Notes: generated by a model from the letters alone, not told the origin. A stretch of DNA of 64,000 bases from an uncultured delta proteobacterium (GCA_963769935.1 CAVYNY010000013.1:64001-128000); one strand, 5' to 3'; positions 9,721 through 20,241 are shown, counted from the stretch's first letter. A program made the numbers and translations.

Positions 9721-10145
9721 TTATAAGGTTTGCCGCATTCTTTGCACCTTCCGTCGGGGCCGATGATTCCGATGCAATTGCCGTCGCGGCACAAAACGCG
9801 ATTTTCCCACTCTCCATCCGCCGGAGATTCCTCTATCGTCTTACTTTCGTCTGCTGCGGCCGGCCTTACTTCATCTTCGTCCACAGCCTGATCTGCCTGC
9901 ACTACAGTACTTCCGTCTGCTGCGGCCGAAATTTCTTCATCCTCGTCCAGGACCTGATCTGCCTGCTCCACGGCGCTTGTCTCCGGCAGCGGCCCTTCAT
10001 ATTTCTTGCCGCACTCTTTACAGCGCCCGTCGGCTCCGATCACGCCGATGCAGTTGCCGTCACTGCATAGGATGCGGTTATCCCAGTTGATACCGGAATC
10101 GGCCCGGTCTTCGTTTTCATTCTCCTGTGGTATCTCAGTTTCCAT
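9717..10145 (-). CDS. Hypothetical protein with two Cys4 motifs and an acidic tandem-repeat linker
   Basis: WxNRxLCxDGNCIGxIGxDGRCKECGK occurs twice; RBS AGGAG upstream. Confidence 0.85.
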   Translation of the reverse strand: METEIPQENENEDRADSGINWDNRILCSDGNCIGVIGADGRCKECGKKYEGPLPETSAVEQADQVLDEDEEISAAADGSTVVQADQAVDEDEVRPAAADESKTIEESPADGEWENRVLCRDGNCIGIIGPDGRCKECGKPYK

Positions 10146-10185
10146 ATTCTCCTACTCCCTGCGCGCATGTCTAGCCGGCAAGCAT

Positions 10186-10803
10186 TCAAAGGTTCAGCAA
10201 CGCTTCAAGATCTTTGAGCGTGTCAATGTGATAGTCGGCTGCCAGATCCCGGTTGCGATAGGCGATCAACGGAATACATGCCGCTTCAGCTGCCAACTCA
10301 TCGAGCTTGGAATCACCGACATAAATCGTTTGGTTGGGTGCGAGCCCGAAATAATGCAATATTTTAAGCAGCTCATCCGGATAGGGCTTGGGCTGCTCAA
10401 CATCACTGGAGGTGACTACCAGATCAAAATATGCTTCCAGTTTAAATTCAGCCAACAGCCGGTTCATTGTGTCGGTCCGGTTGGTGGCTATGGCGGTTTT
10501 TATTCGCGGCCTGAGCTTTTCAAGCAGGGAAACGAGATGGGGTTCAATCACGATATAGCTTAAATATGCTCGATAATCCATGCTTTTGCGAAAATCATGG
10601 GCCGCCGCCCGGCTTTTTTCATTCGCAAATAAATAGTCGATTGATTCGGCAACCGTGTGCATGTGAACAAAGGTAAATTGTTCGTCAGTTACGGCCGGCT
10701 GGCCGAAATGCTCCAGGATCCGGCTGTAATAAACGCGGTTGGCTGCTTCGGTGTCGAAGAGGACACCGTCACAATCAAATACAACAGCTTGGATGTTATT
10801 CAC
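10186..10803 (-). CDS. HAD-superfamily hydrolase (phosphoglycolate phosphatase-like)
   Basis: FDCDGVL, ATNR, KPYP and YVGDS motifs; likely GTG start at 10803 overlapping the upstream stop. Confidence 0.88.
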   Translation of the reverse strand: MNNIQAVVFDCDGVLFDTEAANRVYYSRILEHFGQPAVTDEQFTFVHMHTVAESIDYLFANEKSRAAAHDFRKSMDYRAYLSYIVIEPHLVSLLEKLRPRIKTAIATNRTDTMNRLLAEFKLEAYFDLVVTSSDVEQPKPYPDELLKILHYFGLAPNQTIYVGDSKLDELAAEAACIPLIAYRNRDLAADYHIDTLKDLEALLNL

Positions 10804-11512
10804 TCTTGCGCTCCCGCAGGTATCCATAAACCTTTACATCTAGCTCCGGCTGGACTGGGCTGTCGGTTTGCAAAACGATGGTGTCATAATATCGTCCGCT
10901 TTGCTGGCTGAGATTCTCAACTTTCAATTCATAGGCAGCGCCTTCGGACTTTTGTATTTCATCCAGCTGAATACTGATATTTTTGCCGGATTCGGCTTTG
11001 GCACTAAGGATCTTGAAGGGATATTTTTTTTCGGGAATGATGGCAACCATGCCTTTGATGGAAGCACCGACTTGACCTCTTAAGCTGATGTGTTGCGGCC
11101 GAATCGTGGCAAAATTATCCACCTGCCCGGATATGACGAGATCCTGGTTCGGACGGCTTTTATCATTCGTGTAAACATTCGCCGTTTTCTTTAAGGATCT
11201 GCCGCCGTAGCCTTTGGTGTTGACGCTTAACGTAATTTTTCCCTCGCCGCCGGCGGGGATCTCTCTTGAATAAGAGACAGCCGTGCATCCTCAGGCGGTC
11301 TTTACCTTTTCAACTTTCAGCAAGGCGTTGCCCTTGTTTTGGATGACAAATTCATGCATGACTTTGGTTCCATCCAGCACCGGCGAAAATTCATAGCTGG
11401 TCGCCGGAAAAAAAGCGCTCGGCTGGGCATCCTCCTGGGCGCCGACGCCGATCGCAAGGAAAACTGTCATAAATAGAACACCCCCTAATACTGCAACAGC
11501 CTTAAATCGCAT
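10796..11512 (-). CDS. Exported DUF1573-like selenoprotein, Sec at UGA 11291-11293 (238 aa)
   Basis: The 73-aa and 108-aa track ORFs are one frame joined through TGA: VKTA-U-GCTAVSYSREIPAGGEGKI. This matches the V..SCGCT...IxPG pattern of DUF1573. Signal peptide present, hairpin downstream. Confidence 0.85.
11262..11277 (-). promoter_or_regulatory. Candidate SECIS hairpin of the DUF1573-like gene
   Basis: UCUCUU-AUUC-AAGAGA begins 13 nt after the UGA; possible lower stem GGAU/AUCC; the loop lacks the usual G. Confidence 0.5.
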
Positions 11513-11592
11513 GGTAAACTCCTTTCCCCGGTATAATTATTTGAATCTTGAAAAAATTTTATGACGCCTGCCGAAGAATGTCAAGGCACAAC

Positions 11593-11754
11593 TGTCAGAG
11601 GACGGAGGACAGAAAGAAAGTGAGAAGATCAGAAGGTGAGAAGGTAAGAGGGTAAGAGGGGAGGAGGGAGACAAGCCGGGAAGCTGAGGAGCTGGGTGAT
11701 TAAAGGCCGCAACCTGAAACCTTCCTTATTCATCCAGCATCCAGCACCCAGCAT
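11593..11754. repeat. Degenerate purine-rich 8-mer and CATCCAG 7-mer tandem repeats
   Basis: AGAAGGTG AGAAGGTA AGAGGGTA AGAGGG and (CATCCAG)3 directly after the priA stop. Confidence 0.7.
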
Positions 11755-11755
11755 T

Positions 11756-14221
11756 TCACATCAGAAAGACCGGATCCACGTCAATCGCCACTTGTACCCG
11801 GCGGCGGGTAAAACCGGCCGCGCTTTCAGCCATGAGCTGATTGATGAATTGATGAAGCGCTCGCGTGTCTGAACCTTTTAGCAGTATTTGCCAGCGGTAT
11901 CTGCCGGCTATTCTGGTCACAGACGCCTCAATCGGCCCCATAATCTCAATACTCTGATACGGCACGGGATCGGTTTGTTTCAGCGTCTGGCATAAATTTC
12001 CGATCAGGCGGGCATGATTTGCTGTTTCCTGTGGAATTTGGCCCGATATTTTGAGTTGAACCATCCTGGCAAACGGCGGATAGTTGAGCGCTTGCCGAAA
12101 AATGATCTCCTGTTGATAAAAAGATTTAAAATTCTGGGTTCTGGCGGCGGAAATGCAGAAATGCTCCGGATTGTAAGTTTGTAAAATCACTCTGCCGGGT
12201 CTGTCTCCCCGCCCTGCCCTCCCGGCAACCTGTGCCAGCAATTGAAAGGTGCGTTCTCCGGCTCGAAAATCGGGAAAGCTCAGGGAAAGATCCGCACAGA
12301 TAATTCCCACCAGCGTGATGCTTGGAAAATCATGGCCTTTGGCCACCATCTGGGTGCCTACCAGGATGTCAATATTTTTATGCTTGAGCCCTTTCAGCAG
12401 CTTTAGAATCGAACCCTTACGGGTAGTGGTATCGCGGTCCATGCGGGCAATCCGCGCCTTCCGGAAATGAGATTTCAGCATATCTTCCAACTTTTCGGTG
12501 CCGAGACCCAGTTGTTTAATCTTGGAGGAGCCGCATGTTTCGCAGTTGGATGTGGCGGCACGGCTATACCCGCAGTAGTGGCACCGGTAGGCATTCGTGT
12601 GCTGGTGCAGGGTCAGCGAAATATCGCAGTGTTTGCAGCGCATGGGCTGTCCGCACGCCCCGCAAACCGGAAAACTGGCATAACCCCGCCGGTTTAAGAA
12701 AAGCAAAACCTGTTCCCCGCGCTCGAGCGTCTCTTTAATAGCCACGTAGAGTTCGGGAGCAACATAACGATGAATGCCGCGCGCATCCCTTATTTGACGG
12801 AGGTCAACAATACGGATTTCAGGCAGGGGACGCTGTTCAACCCGTTTTTCAAGGGTCAGTTCGGTAAATTTTTGGGTTACGACATTATAGTAGGACTGGA
12901 TCGAAGGCGTGGCCGATCCCAGCAGCACAATGCATTCATTTTGCTTGGCCCTCACCACCGCCAGATCCCGCGCATTGTACCGCAACATGCCTTCCTGCTT
13001 GTAGGATGAATCGTGCTCTTCGTCGACGATAATAATGCCGAGATTGTCAAAAGGGGCAAATATCGCTGAGCGGGCCCCAATGCCGATCGCGGCTTCCCCC
13101 TGCATGATGCGGGTCCACTGATCATATCGCTCTCCGGCGGACAGCGCGCTGTGCAGCACACAAACACATTCACCAAAGCGTGCCCGGAAGCACCGCTCCA
13201 TCTGGGTAATCAGAGCAATTTCCGGAACCAGGACCAGGACACGGCGCCCCTGTTTTAAAACTTCGTTCGCCACCCGCAGGTAAACTTCGGTTTTACCGCT
13301 TCCGGTCACACCGTTTAAAAGAAACGGCCTGTATCCTTGATTCAGGTCGGCACAAAGACGAGACACCACCTGGTCCTGCTCCCGGTTTAATACGGGAGGC
13401 CGATCGGGCTCGATGGATTCACCCAGCGGATCCCGGAACACCCTTTTATGATCGATTATCAGATAACCCGCGCTCTCAAGGCTTTTTATCAAACCGGTCG
13501 CAGTGGGGACGGCTTCTTTTAGTTTTTTAACCGGAACTTCGCCTTCGGCTTCCAACAGTCCCAATATTTTCTGCCTGGACTCCGACACCTGCGGAACCGG
13601 CGGCTTTTTATCGGCCAGGCGCACAACCCGCTCCAATCTGGCTTTGGTCTTGGCCGCTTTGAGTTCCCAGCTTTTCTCGATCCAGCCGTTTTGCTCAAGA
13701 TTGTACAGCAATACCGCCGGTATGGTTTGACCTACCTTCCTATGGAGTTCTTTCAACCGGCAGGGTTCCGCATCCAATTGTGCCAAAATCCTTCCGGCAT
13801 CCGGTGACAAACCAACGTCATTGCGGGCCTCGCGCCCCTTATCGGTCAGGATGAGCAGCGCATAATCGTAGACATTCAAGCCGCCGGGAAGGGCATTTTT
13901 AACGACCTCCCCGACGGGGTATTTATAATAGTCGGCAATCCATCGAAAAAAAGGGACCATGGAAGGTGGAAAAAGCGGCTGTTCGTCGAGAACATCCAGT
14001 ATCGGCTTGATCTGTTTGTCGGCAATATGCGTGTCTTGATCAAAAATAAACCCGGTGACTCTGCGCCGTCCAAAGGGAACAAGGACTCGTTTTCCAACGG
14101 CAACGGAAGTCAGGAAAGTTTCGGGCGCACTGTAGGTAAAAGTATGATAGACCGGAAGCGCAACGGCCACTTCTATGTAGCAGACGTCGGAGTTCATAGG
14201 CCCAAGGCTAATTTTGTGCAT
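11756..14221 (-). CDS. priA: Primosomal protein N' (replication restart helicase)
   Basis: GVTGSGKTEVY, DEEH, SATPS, four CxxC pairs, GTQMVAKGHDFP and QVAGRAGR. Confidence 0.97.
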   Translation of the reverse strand: MHKISLGPMNSDVCYIEVAVALPVYHTFTYSAPETFLTSVAVGKRVLVPFGRRRVTGFIFDQDTHIADKQIKPILDVLDEQPLFPPSMVPFFRWIADYYKYPVGEVVKNALPGGLNVYDYALLILTDKGREARNDVGLSPDAGRILAQLDAEPCRLKELHRKVGQTIPAVLLYNLEQNGWIEKSWELKAAKTKARLERVVRLADKKPPVPQVSESRQKILGLLEAEGEVPVKKLKEAVPTATGLIKSLESAGYLIIDHKRVFRDPLGESIEPDRPPVLNREQDQVVSRLCADLNQGYRPFLLNGVTGSGKTEVYLRVANEVLKQGRRVLVLVPEIALITQMERCFRARFGECVCVLHSALSAGERYDQWTRIMQGEAAIGIGARSAIFAPFDNLGIIIVDEEHDSSYKQEGMLRYNARDLAVVRAKQNECIVLLGSATPSIQSYYNVVTQKFTELTLEKRVEQRPLPEIRIVDLRQIRDARGIHRYVAPELYVAIKETLERGEQVLLFLNRRGYASFPVCGACGQPMRCKHCDISLTLHQHTNAYRCHYCGYSRAATSNCETCGSSKIKQLGLGTEKLEDMLKSHFRKARIARMDRDTTTRKGSILKLLKGLKHKNIDILVGTQMVAKGHDFPSITLVGIICADLSLSFPDFRAGERTFQLLAQVAGRAGRGDRPGRVILQTYNPEHFCISAARTQNFKSFYQQEIIFRQALNYPPFARMVQLKISGQIPQETANHARLIGNLCQTLKQTDPVPYQSIEIMGPIEASVTRIAGRYRWQILLKGSDTRALHQFINQLMAESAAGFTRRRVQVAIDVDPVFLM

Positions 14222-14262
14222 TTTGTGTCAATATATATTAACGGAAAGAATTAGCCACTCAA

Positions 14263-14586
14263 AGAAATGCCTAAAATTGCGGTATTCTTTCAATTTTCAT
14301 GAATGGCCCGCTATCCGCTAACGCCGAAATTCCGCCGCACTTTGACAAACTGCCGCCGAGTATTAAAAGTCGATTTCTCCTTTTTGTTCACAGCCTATTG
14401 TTCGCAATTAAACTCCTAAAGAGATTAAAATAGGAACGAAAGCTCCGCAGAAATCATATATCGGTTCTCGATTTTTCAATACGCCAAATATCCATCGAAA
14501 AAGGACGCAGCACATCGACACTATAATTTTAGGCATTTTAGCGCATTTTAGGCATTTTAGGCATTTTTTCGGTTTATCCTGGTTAG
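14263..14586. repeat. AAATGCCTA 9-mer inverted-repeat element
   Basis: GAAATGCCTAAAATTGCGGTATTC at 14263-14288 and inverse TTTTAGGCA-like units x4 at 14527-14565, ending in CGGTTTATCCTGGTTAG. Related copies at 16879-16930 and 57294-57330. Confidence 0.75.
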
Positions 14587-14801
14587 ATCAACAAAAATGG
14601 GTGTTGGGCATACCTCGGCAGAGGTCTTGGATCAGGTGTTTCTAACAAACTTATTGAAATTTACAATAAAAAAGCGTTATAATGTTCTCAAGCCTGTCGA
14701 ATTCAACATATTCGGAGGCCGCAATAAACCACAAATCCTAACAGGTTGTGGGGAGTATGCTTTATTTTGGTTCAGATAGCAAACATGTGGAGGAGGAAAA
14801 T

Positions 14802-15104
14802 ATGGCTAAAATTGTTAAAAAATCCCTGGTTCTGGCGGTGGTTGCATCCCTGCTGCTCATACCGTTTGGTTCCGCAGCCCTGGCTCAGATATACACAGAG
14901 ACGCAACCGCCCACCGGCGGCGCCATGATATTTGACCTTTGTGTGGTTCGGCCGGTCGGCATCGTCGCAACGGCCGTAGGCGCTGTTTTTTATGTGGTAT
15001 CCTCGCCCTTTGCGGCTTTAGGAGACAATATCGATGTCGCCGGCCAGAAGCTGGTCAAAGAACCGGCCGCATACACCTTCAAAAGGCCGCTGGGTGAATT
15101 TTAA
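14802..15104 (+). CDS. Small exported or membrane hypothetical protein
   Basis: Strong RBS GGAGGAGG before ATG 14802; signal peptide; DxxVVRPxG...SxPF...YTFKRPLG conserved-looking motif. Confidence 0.8.
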   Translation: MAKIVKKSLVLAVVASLLLIPFGSAALAQIYTETQPPTGGAMIFDLCVVRPVGIVATAVGAVFYVVSSPFAALGDNIDVAGQKLVKEPAAYTFKRPLGEF

Positions 15105-15420
15105 CAAGCTCGTATATTTTAGAATTCGTCCGGCGTCTGGTGTTTAGTCTGCTGTGTCCGGTATGCAATCGTTTTGTTATATCAGCATATCACAAGGCTA
15201 AACACCAGACACCGGAAAAAAACCACCTCTGCAAAACACCTGCCGGAAGGACTGCCGCGGCGTCCATCTTGCATGATACCTCTAGAAATCCCTCTATATC
15301 CTTGACACAAAAAATTTATTTGCATATGACTGGCACCGGACATATTAATTCCAATGCCCCAATATGGTAATTTGTAATCCTTCCTGCAACCGCTAACCAT
15401 TTAGAGACAAGGAGGTCGCT

Positions 15421-16047
15421 GTGCCGGTACATGTCGTGGATCATCCTCTGATCAAACACAAACTCGCTTTAATGAGGGAAAGTGATGTAACTACCAAAGA
15501 TTTTAGAGATCTGGCTGCAGAATTGGCCATGCTGTTGACTTATGAAGCGACTAAAGATCTTGAAACCGAAAAAAAAACCATCACAGGATGGGCCGGACCC
15601 GTCGTGGTAGATAAAATAAAGGGCAAGAAAATAACCGTTGTGCCCATCCTCAGAGCAGGCCTGGGAATGATGGCCGGCGTCCTGAATCTCATACCATCTG
15701 CCAGGGTCAGCGTGGTCGGACTCTACCGCAACGAAGAAACCCTGAAGCCGGTCAGGTATTATGTCAAAATGACCAGCGCGATGGAAGAACGGATTGCTTT
15801 AATTATAGACCCCATGCTGGCCACCGGCGGTTCGTTGATCGCCGCCATCGATTTGATTAAAGAATCCGGTTGCCGACAGATTAAAGGGATATTTATGGTT
15901 GCCGCACCGGAAGGTATCGAAAAATTGACCACTACCCATCCGGATGTGGAAGTCTATGTGGCGGCCATCGACGAAAAGCTGAATGATATCGGATATATCC
16001 TTCCCGGTCTGGGAGATGCGGGGGATAAAATATTCGGAACCAAGTAA
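15421..16047 (+). CDS. upp: Uracil phosphoribosyltransferase
   Basis: [24 protein letters not shown] and [17 protein letters not shown]. Confidence 0.97.
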   Translation: MPVHVVDHPLIKHKLALMRESDVTTKDFRDLAAELAMLLTYEATKDLETEKKTITGWAGPVVVDKIKGKKITVVPILRAGLGMMAGVLNLIPSARVSVVGLYRNEETLKPVRYYVKMTSAMEERIALIIDPMLATGGSLIAAIDLIKESGCRQIKGIFMVAAPEGIEKLTTTHPDVEVYVAAIDEKLNDIGYILPGLGDAGDKIFGTK

Positions 16048-16057
16048 GGAGTTAATC

Positions 16058-16516
16058 TTGGCAGATTTTGTGCGGCTCGAAGACAGCATTCGAGATGCTG
16101 TTTTAACCATAATGAAATATATCAAAGCCCATACAGGAGTTGAGCCGACCCAGCAGGAGGTTGCCGCGATATTGAAGTCCTTTTTCATTCTCAATGAAGT
16201 CGGCAACCAGATCAAATATCAGCTCAAAAAAGATGAACAGAATGATGCAGAAAAGCCAACAAACTTAAAAGGTCCTTTCTGGACTTTGAATTTAAGAAGC
16301 GGTCCCGGGCAAAACATTTTAGCCCGGGCCGGGGTCTTTCACAAAAGCATTCAGGAAGCAATCGAGGCCACCCGGCAGTATATGATAAAAACAACCGGAG
16401 CCGAACCGGGCTACGACACCATAGCTGCAAGCCTCAAGAGTTCCTTTATCCTCAGCGAAATCAAAAACCAAATTGATTACCAGCGCAAGATAACTAAAAA
16501 AAAGAAAGTGTTTTAA
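16058..16516 (+). CDS. Hypothetical protein with two tandem ~50-aa domains
   Basis: TTG start after RBS AAGGAG; TGxEPxxxxxAAxLKSxFILxExxNQIxYQ occurs twice. Confidence 0.8.
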   Translation: MADFVRLEDSIRDAVLTIMKYIKAHTGVEPTQQEVAAILKSFFILNEVGNQIKYQLKKDEQNDAEKPTNLKGPFWTLNLRSGPGQNILARAGVFHKSIQEAIEATRQYMIKTTGAEPGYDTIAASLKSSFILSEIKNQIDYQRKITKKKKVF

Positions 16517-16560
16517 AATCTCCCGCGAACGGCTAACGGGTCTGACAAGGAGAAAAGCGC

Positions 16561-16890
16561 ATGATCAGTCATGTGGTATTAATGAAATTCAACCCGGGCG
16601 TCAGCGAAGTCGATATCGAAGAGCTGGAAAAAATGCTTAATGAACTTCCGAATAAAATTATTGAAATCCACGCTTATGAATTCGGCCGGGACCTGGTTCG
16701 CTCACCAAGGTCGTATGATTTTGCCCTGAATGCTCTTTTTGCCAATCTGGAAGCCCTGGATCGCTATCAAACCCACCCGCAGCATCAGCCCCTAATCAAA
16801 AAAATCCAGGAAATCTGTGAAAGCGTGGTAACCGTCGATTTTGAAGGAGTCCAGGCCGGGTCGATAGACATTGCTCAAAGAAATGCCTAA
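16561..16890 (+). CDS. Dabb family (stress-responsive A/B barrel) protein
   Basis: MISHVVLMKF, YQTHPQH and VDF motifs. Confidence 0.88.
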   Translation: MISHVVLMKFNPGVSEVDIEELEKMLNELPNKIIEIHAYEFGRDLVRSPRSYDFALNALFANLEALDRYQTHPQHQPLIKKIQEICESVVTVDFEGVQAGSIDIAQRNA

Positions 16891-17092
16891 AATTTCAAAT
16901 TGCCTAAACTGCTTAAAATTGCGGTATCCTGTCGATTTTAATGAAGCTGGGGTATAATTCAGTTGAGGTTAAATCAGGAAGACGTCCAGCGTCTTATCTC
17001 GCCGCAAGGCGTGAGATATATTCAGGGTCTTGTTTCTTCGACAACAAACCACAAACAACAGGCAGATTTTTATTCCGCCGAAGTAAAAATTA

Positions 17093-18150
17093 ATGCGCAA
17101 ACACGTCTACATTGCTTACACCGGTGGCACGATCGGGATGAAAAAGTCCGCCGGAGGTTATGCTCCGGTGCCGGGATATCTTCAAATACAGATGGAAAAA
17201 ATTCCGGAATTAAAAAGTGCCGCCCTGCCGGTCTATGACATTCATGAATATGAGCCCTTGCTGGACTCATCAAATATGGCTCCCCGGGACTGGCTTAAAA
17301 TTGCCGAGGACATTGCTTCCCACTATGATCCCTACGACGGCTTTGTGGTCTTGCACGGCACCGATACCATGGCCTATACGGCTTCCGCCTTACCTTTTAT
17401 GCTGCAGGACTTGCAAAAACCGGTCATTTTAACCGGCGCCCAGATACCGCTTTGTGAGCTGCGCAACGATGCCCGGGAAAATTTAATTACCGCTATGCTG
17501 ATTGCGGCCAATTTTGCAATTCCGGAAGTCTGCCTGTGCTTTGGCAGCAAATTACTGCGCGGCAACCGTGCCATCAAAGTCGACGCCGACGGGTTCGATG
17601 CTTTTGACTCGCCAAATTTCCCCCCCTGGGTTCGCTCGGCATTGAAATTAAAATCAACCATGACTTGGTATTGCGCCCGGCCGGCGGGCCTAAACCAGTG
17701 GCCGTCAAACCGATGAAGGCGTCCAGCGTGGCTGTATTGCGGCTGTTCCCCGGCATATCCGCCGATATCGTCCGCAACATTCTGCAACCGCCCATTGAAG
17801 GCCTGGTACTGGAGACTTATGGAATCGGAAACGGGCCGCAGGATCCGTTGCTTATTGCCGAACTGAAAAGGGCGGTGCAACGGGGCGTGGTGATAATCAA
17901 CTGCACCCAGTGCATCAAGGGCACGGTGAATATGGAAGATTATGCGACCGGTTCGGTATTGGCGGAGGCAGGCGTAATCAGCGGCTTTGACATGACGGTG
18001 GAAGCCGCTCTGGCAAAACTGGCTTATCTTTTCAGTCGCAGCCTGCCGCCGGAAGTCGTCAAAGAAAAAATGCAAACCGGTCTGCACGGGGAACTCAGTC
18101 GGCCGCCCAAAGCTTCAACAACTATCAAATATGGAGGCACAATCGAATGA
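17093..18150 (+). CDS. ansA: Type I L-asparaginase, broken by a 1-nt deletion in the C7 run at 17620-17626
   Basis: YTGGTIGM, HGTDTMAY, SPNFPP, then frame 2 LRLFPG, ETYGIGN and DMTVEAALAKL. Adding one C restores a 352-aa protein. Confidence 0.9.
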
Positions 18151-18440
18151 AAAGCAAACTGACTCCCGATACCTGGATCTGGATTGTGGTTCAGAATCCC
18201 GGATCCGACGAGCAGTTTTTGGGCCAGCATGACCAGGATCAAGACGAATCATTTATACCCGCATTCTTCGAAAAGGAGGATGCCCAGCAATGTTTGATTC
18301 ACATGGCTACTCAAAAGGGAGATAAATACGAAGTCCAGGCGGTACCCTTCGGCGAACTCACCAAAGATGCAGCAAAAAATGGTTTCATGATATTCATGCT
18401 GAATGCGGACGGCAAAATCCTGGAAAAAATCAGACCATGA
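18147..18440 (+). CDS. Hypothetical protein
   Basis: 97 aa, RBS GGAGG, ATGA overlap with the ansA stop. Confidence 0.75.
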   Translation: MKSKLTPDTWIWIVVQNPGSDEQFLGQHDQDQDESFIPAFFEKEDAQQCLIHMATQKGDKYEVQAVPFGELTKDAAKNGFMIFMLNADGKILEKIRP

Positions 18441-18447
18441 GTGAGCC

Positions 18448-19911
18448 CTAAGCCACCTTCTTCAGCGGCTGATTCGTCAAAGGGCGTTTCTCTGCTAGTT
18501 TTCTTCGGTTGACGTATTCCGCTAAAGCCTGTTCCAGTCCCTCGTCAATCGCCGGTTTGCTGTAGGTGGCGATGCGGGCGGCCAGCGCTTCGGCGGCGCT
18601 TTGATCAATGCGTTTGGCCCCATTGGCCCACCATTTCTGATAGTCCCGGCGATTGAACAACCGGGGCTGCGACAGGCTTCTAAATCGACTGAAGGTTGTG
18701 GGGTGCAGCAGGTAATTGCCGCCCGCACCGATACTTTTGATGGTTTCCACATCAATGGTTTGGGGGGATATTTCCAGCGGCACCAGCATGCGACGAATGG
18801 TGGCGCAGACCTCCTCATCGATCAGCCATTTTTCAAAGCTCATTGAGATGAAGGATCCCATCTGACCGCAGGCATGCAAAATAAAATTCGCACCATTGCG
18901 CACTGCGGTGCTCATCAGCACGGCCCCTTCGCCGAGGGCCTGCGCATCCGGGCAATGGGAATCCGTCAGTATTCCGCCGGTGCGGCTTGGCAAATGATAA
19001 AATCCCGCAAGCTGCAGGGCCGCCGAAGCAATAACCACGGTTTCCGGCGCCCCTAAAGCAGAAGCGGCTGTTTTCATATCCAGGGGAGCCGAAGTGGCAC
19101 CATAGATCACAGGCGTACCGGGACCGGCCAACTGGGTTAGAACCAGCCCGCCGAGGATTTCAGCATTTTGCAACGCCAGGAGCCCCGGCAAGGATACCGG
19201 GGCAGTGGAACCGGCCAGAAGCATATTCGTAATGGCAACGGGCTGGCGATAGCGCGCCATTTCCATGATCAGGGTTGTCTGTTCCAGGGAATATTGCAAC
19301 GGAGATGTCGGATTGGCAATGACTACCGTAACCGGTTGCTGCATTAATTTATCCTTCCCGCCCCAGACAAGTTCCGCCATTTCAAGAGAATCGCGGGCTG
19401 CCGAACCGGAAGTCGTGGCCGACCCGAAAGGCTTGTCGCACATGACGATGTTGGCATAAACCATGTCCAGGTGAGCCGTGTGCGGGGGAAGGTCGGTCGG
19501 CTGCACCATCAGAAAAGCTGTCAGGTCCAATTGATCGGATGTTTGCACCAGTTTGCAGCAGGTTATGTAATCTTTAAATGTCGCCGGTCGCTGCTCTCCG
19601 CTGACCTCCGCCACGTTCGGCGCTCCGGCCGTCGGAATGAAAACAAAATCATCCTCACCGATGGAAACACTATTTTTCGGGTTTCTGGCAAGTATGGTGA
19701 ACCGCGGCGGCACCGTCTTCAAGGCGTTGGATACGTCGTTTTCAGTAATGAAAACTCGCTTGCCTTCGGTCCTGAAACCCTTTTTTTTAAATAGATCTAC
19801 GGTCGCGGCGTCGTTAAAATTAATACCGGCATGCGCTAAAATATCCATGGATGCGTCATGGAGTTGATTCAATTCATACCGGGTAAAGGTCTGCATTCGA
19901 TCGTGCATCAC
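18448..19911 (-). CDS. Trimethylamine methyltransferase (MttB) family protein, non-pyrrolysine
   Basis: LHDASMDIL, NPTSPLQY, GSTAPVSLPGLLALQNAEIL, GAPE and LPSRTGGILTDS...DAQA; no in-frame TAG. Confidence 0.9.
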   Translation of the reverse strand: MMHDRMQTFTRYELNQLHDASMDILAHAGINFNDAATVDLFKKKGFRTEGKRVFITENDVSNALKTVPPRFTILARNPKNSVSIGEDDFVFIPTAGAPNVAEVSGEQRPATFKDYITCCKLVQTSDQLDLTAFLMVQPTDLPPHTAHLDMVYANIVMCDKPFGSATTSGSAARDSLEMAELVWGGKDKLMQQPVTVVIANPTSPLQYSLEQTTLIMEMARYRQPVAITNMLLAGSTAPVSLPGLLALQNAEILGGLVLTQLAGPGTPVIYGATSAPLDMKTAASALGAPETVVIASAALQLAGFYHLPSRTGGILTDSHCPDAQALGEGAVLMSTAVRNGANFILHACGQMGSFISMSFEKWLIDEEVCATIRRMLVPLEISPQTIDVETIKSIGAGGNYLLHPTTFSRFRSLSQPRLFNRRDYQKWWANGAKRIDQSAAEALAARIATYSKPAIDEGLEQALAEYVNRRKLAEKRPLTNQPLKKVA

Positions 19912-20004
19912 ATAGCTCCGAATTTTTATTAGTGGTGACCGGACTTGATGTGTCTTATTAGGGTCTTTGCGGCAACTTTCTTTGGCGCGTCCGGGTTAGT
20001 ACAT

Positions 20005-20019
20005 TCAAAATCAATGCCA
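20005..20019 (-). promoter_or_regulatory. Possible sigma-54 promoter of the mttB-like gene
   Basis: TGGCAT-TGATT-TTGA about 95 nt upstream of the start. Confidence 0.45.
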
Positions 20020-20241
20020 GTTCGGTAACTATTTATTATTACTTATAATAAAAAATTTTCCCAATATCTTTTTCGGACACGACAAGACCGCTTTCACAGG
20101 GGACACTCCCAGGACCGATTCATATCCTGTACCAAGTACCTGAAATTTTGTAATATAATTTTAAGAACCCGTAATTCTCCTTTAACCGCCTATGAGAACT
20201 GAAAATTCCGAAAATCAGCGACCACCGGCGGAGCCGGTGGC

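Noticed and set aside
17093..18150. Programmed frameshift or natural two-gene split in asparaginase, putA or livG
   Set aside because: Each is repaired by one base in a homopolymer, and no slippery heptamer with a stimulatory structure is evident.
18448..19911. Pyrrolysine in the MttB-family gene
   Set aside because: The ORF is full length with no internal TAG.
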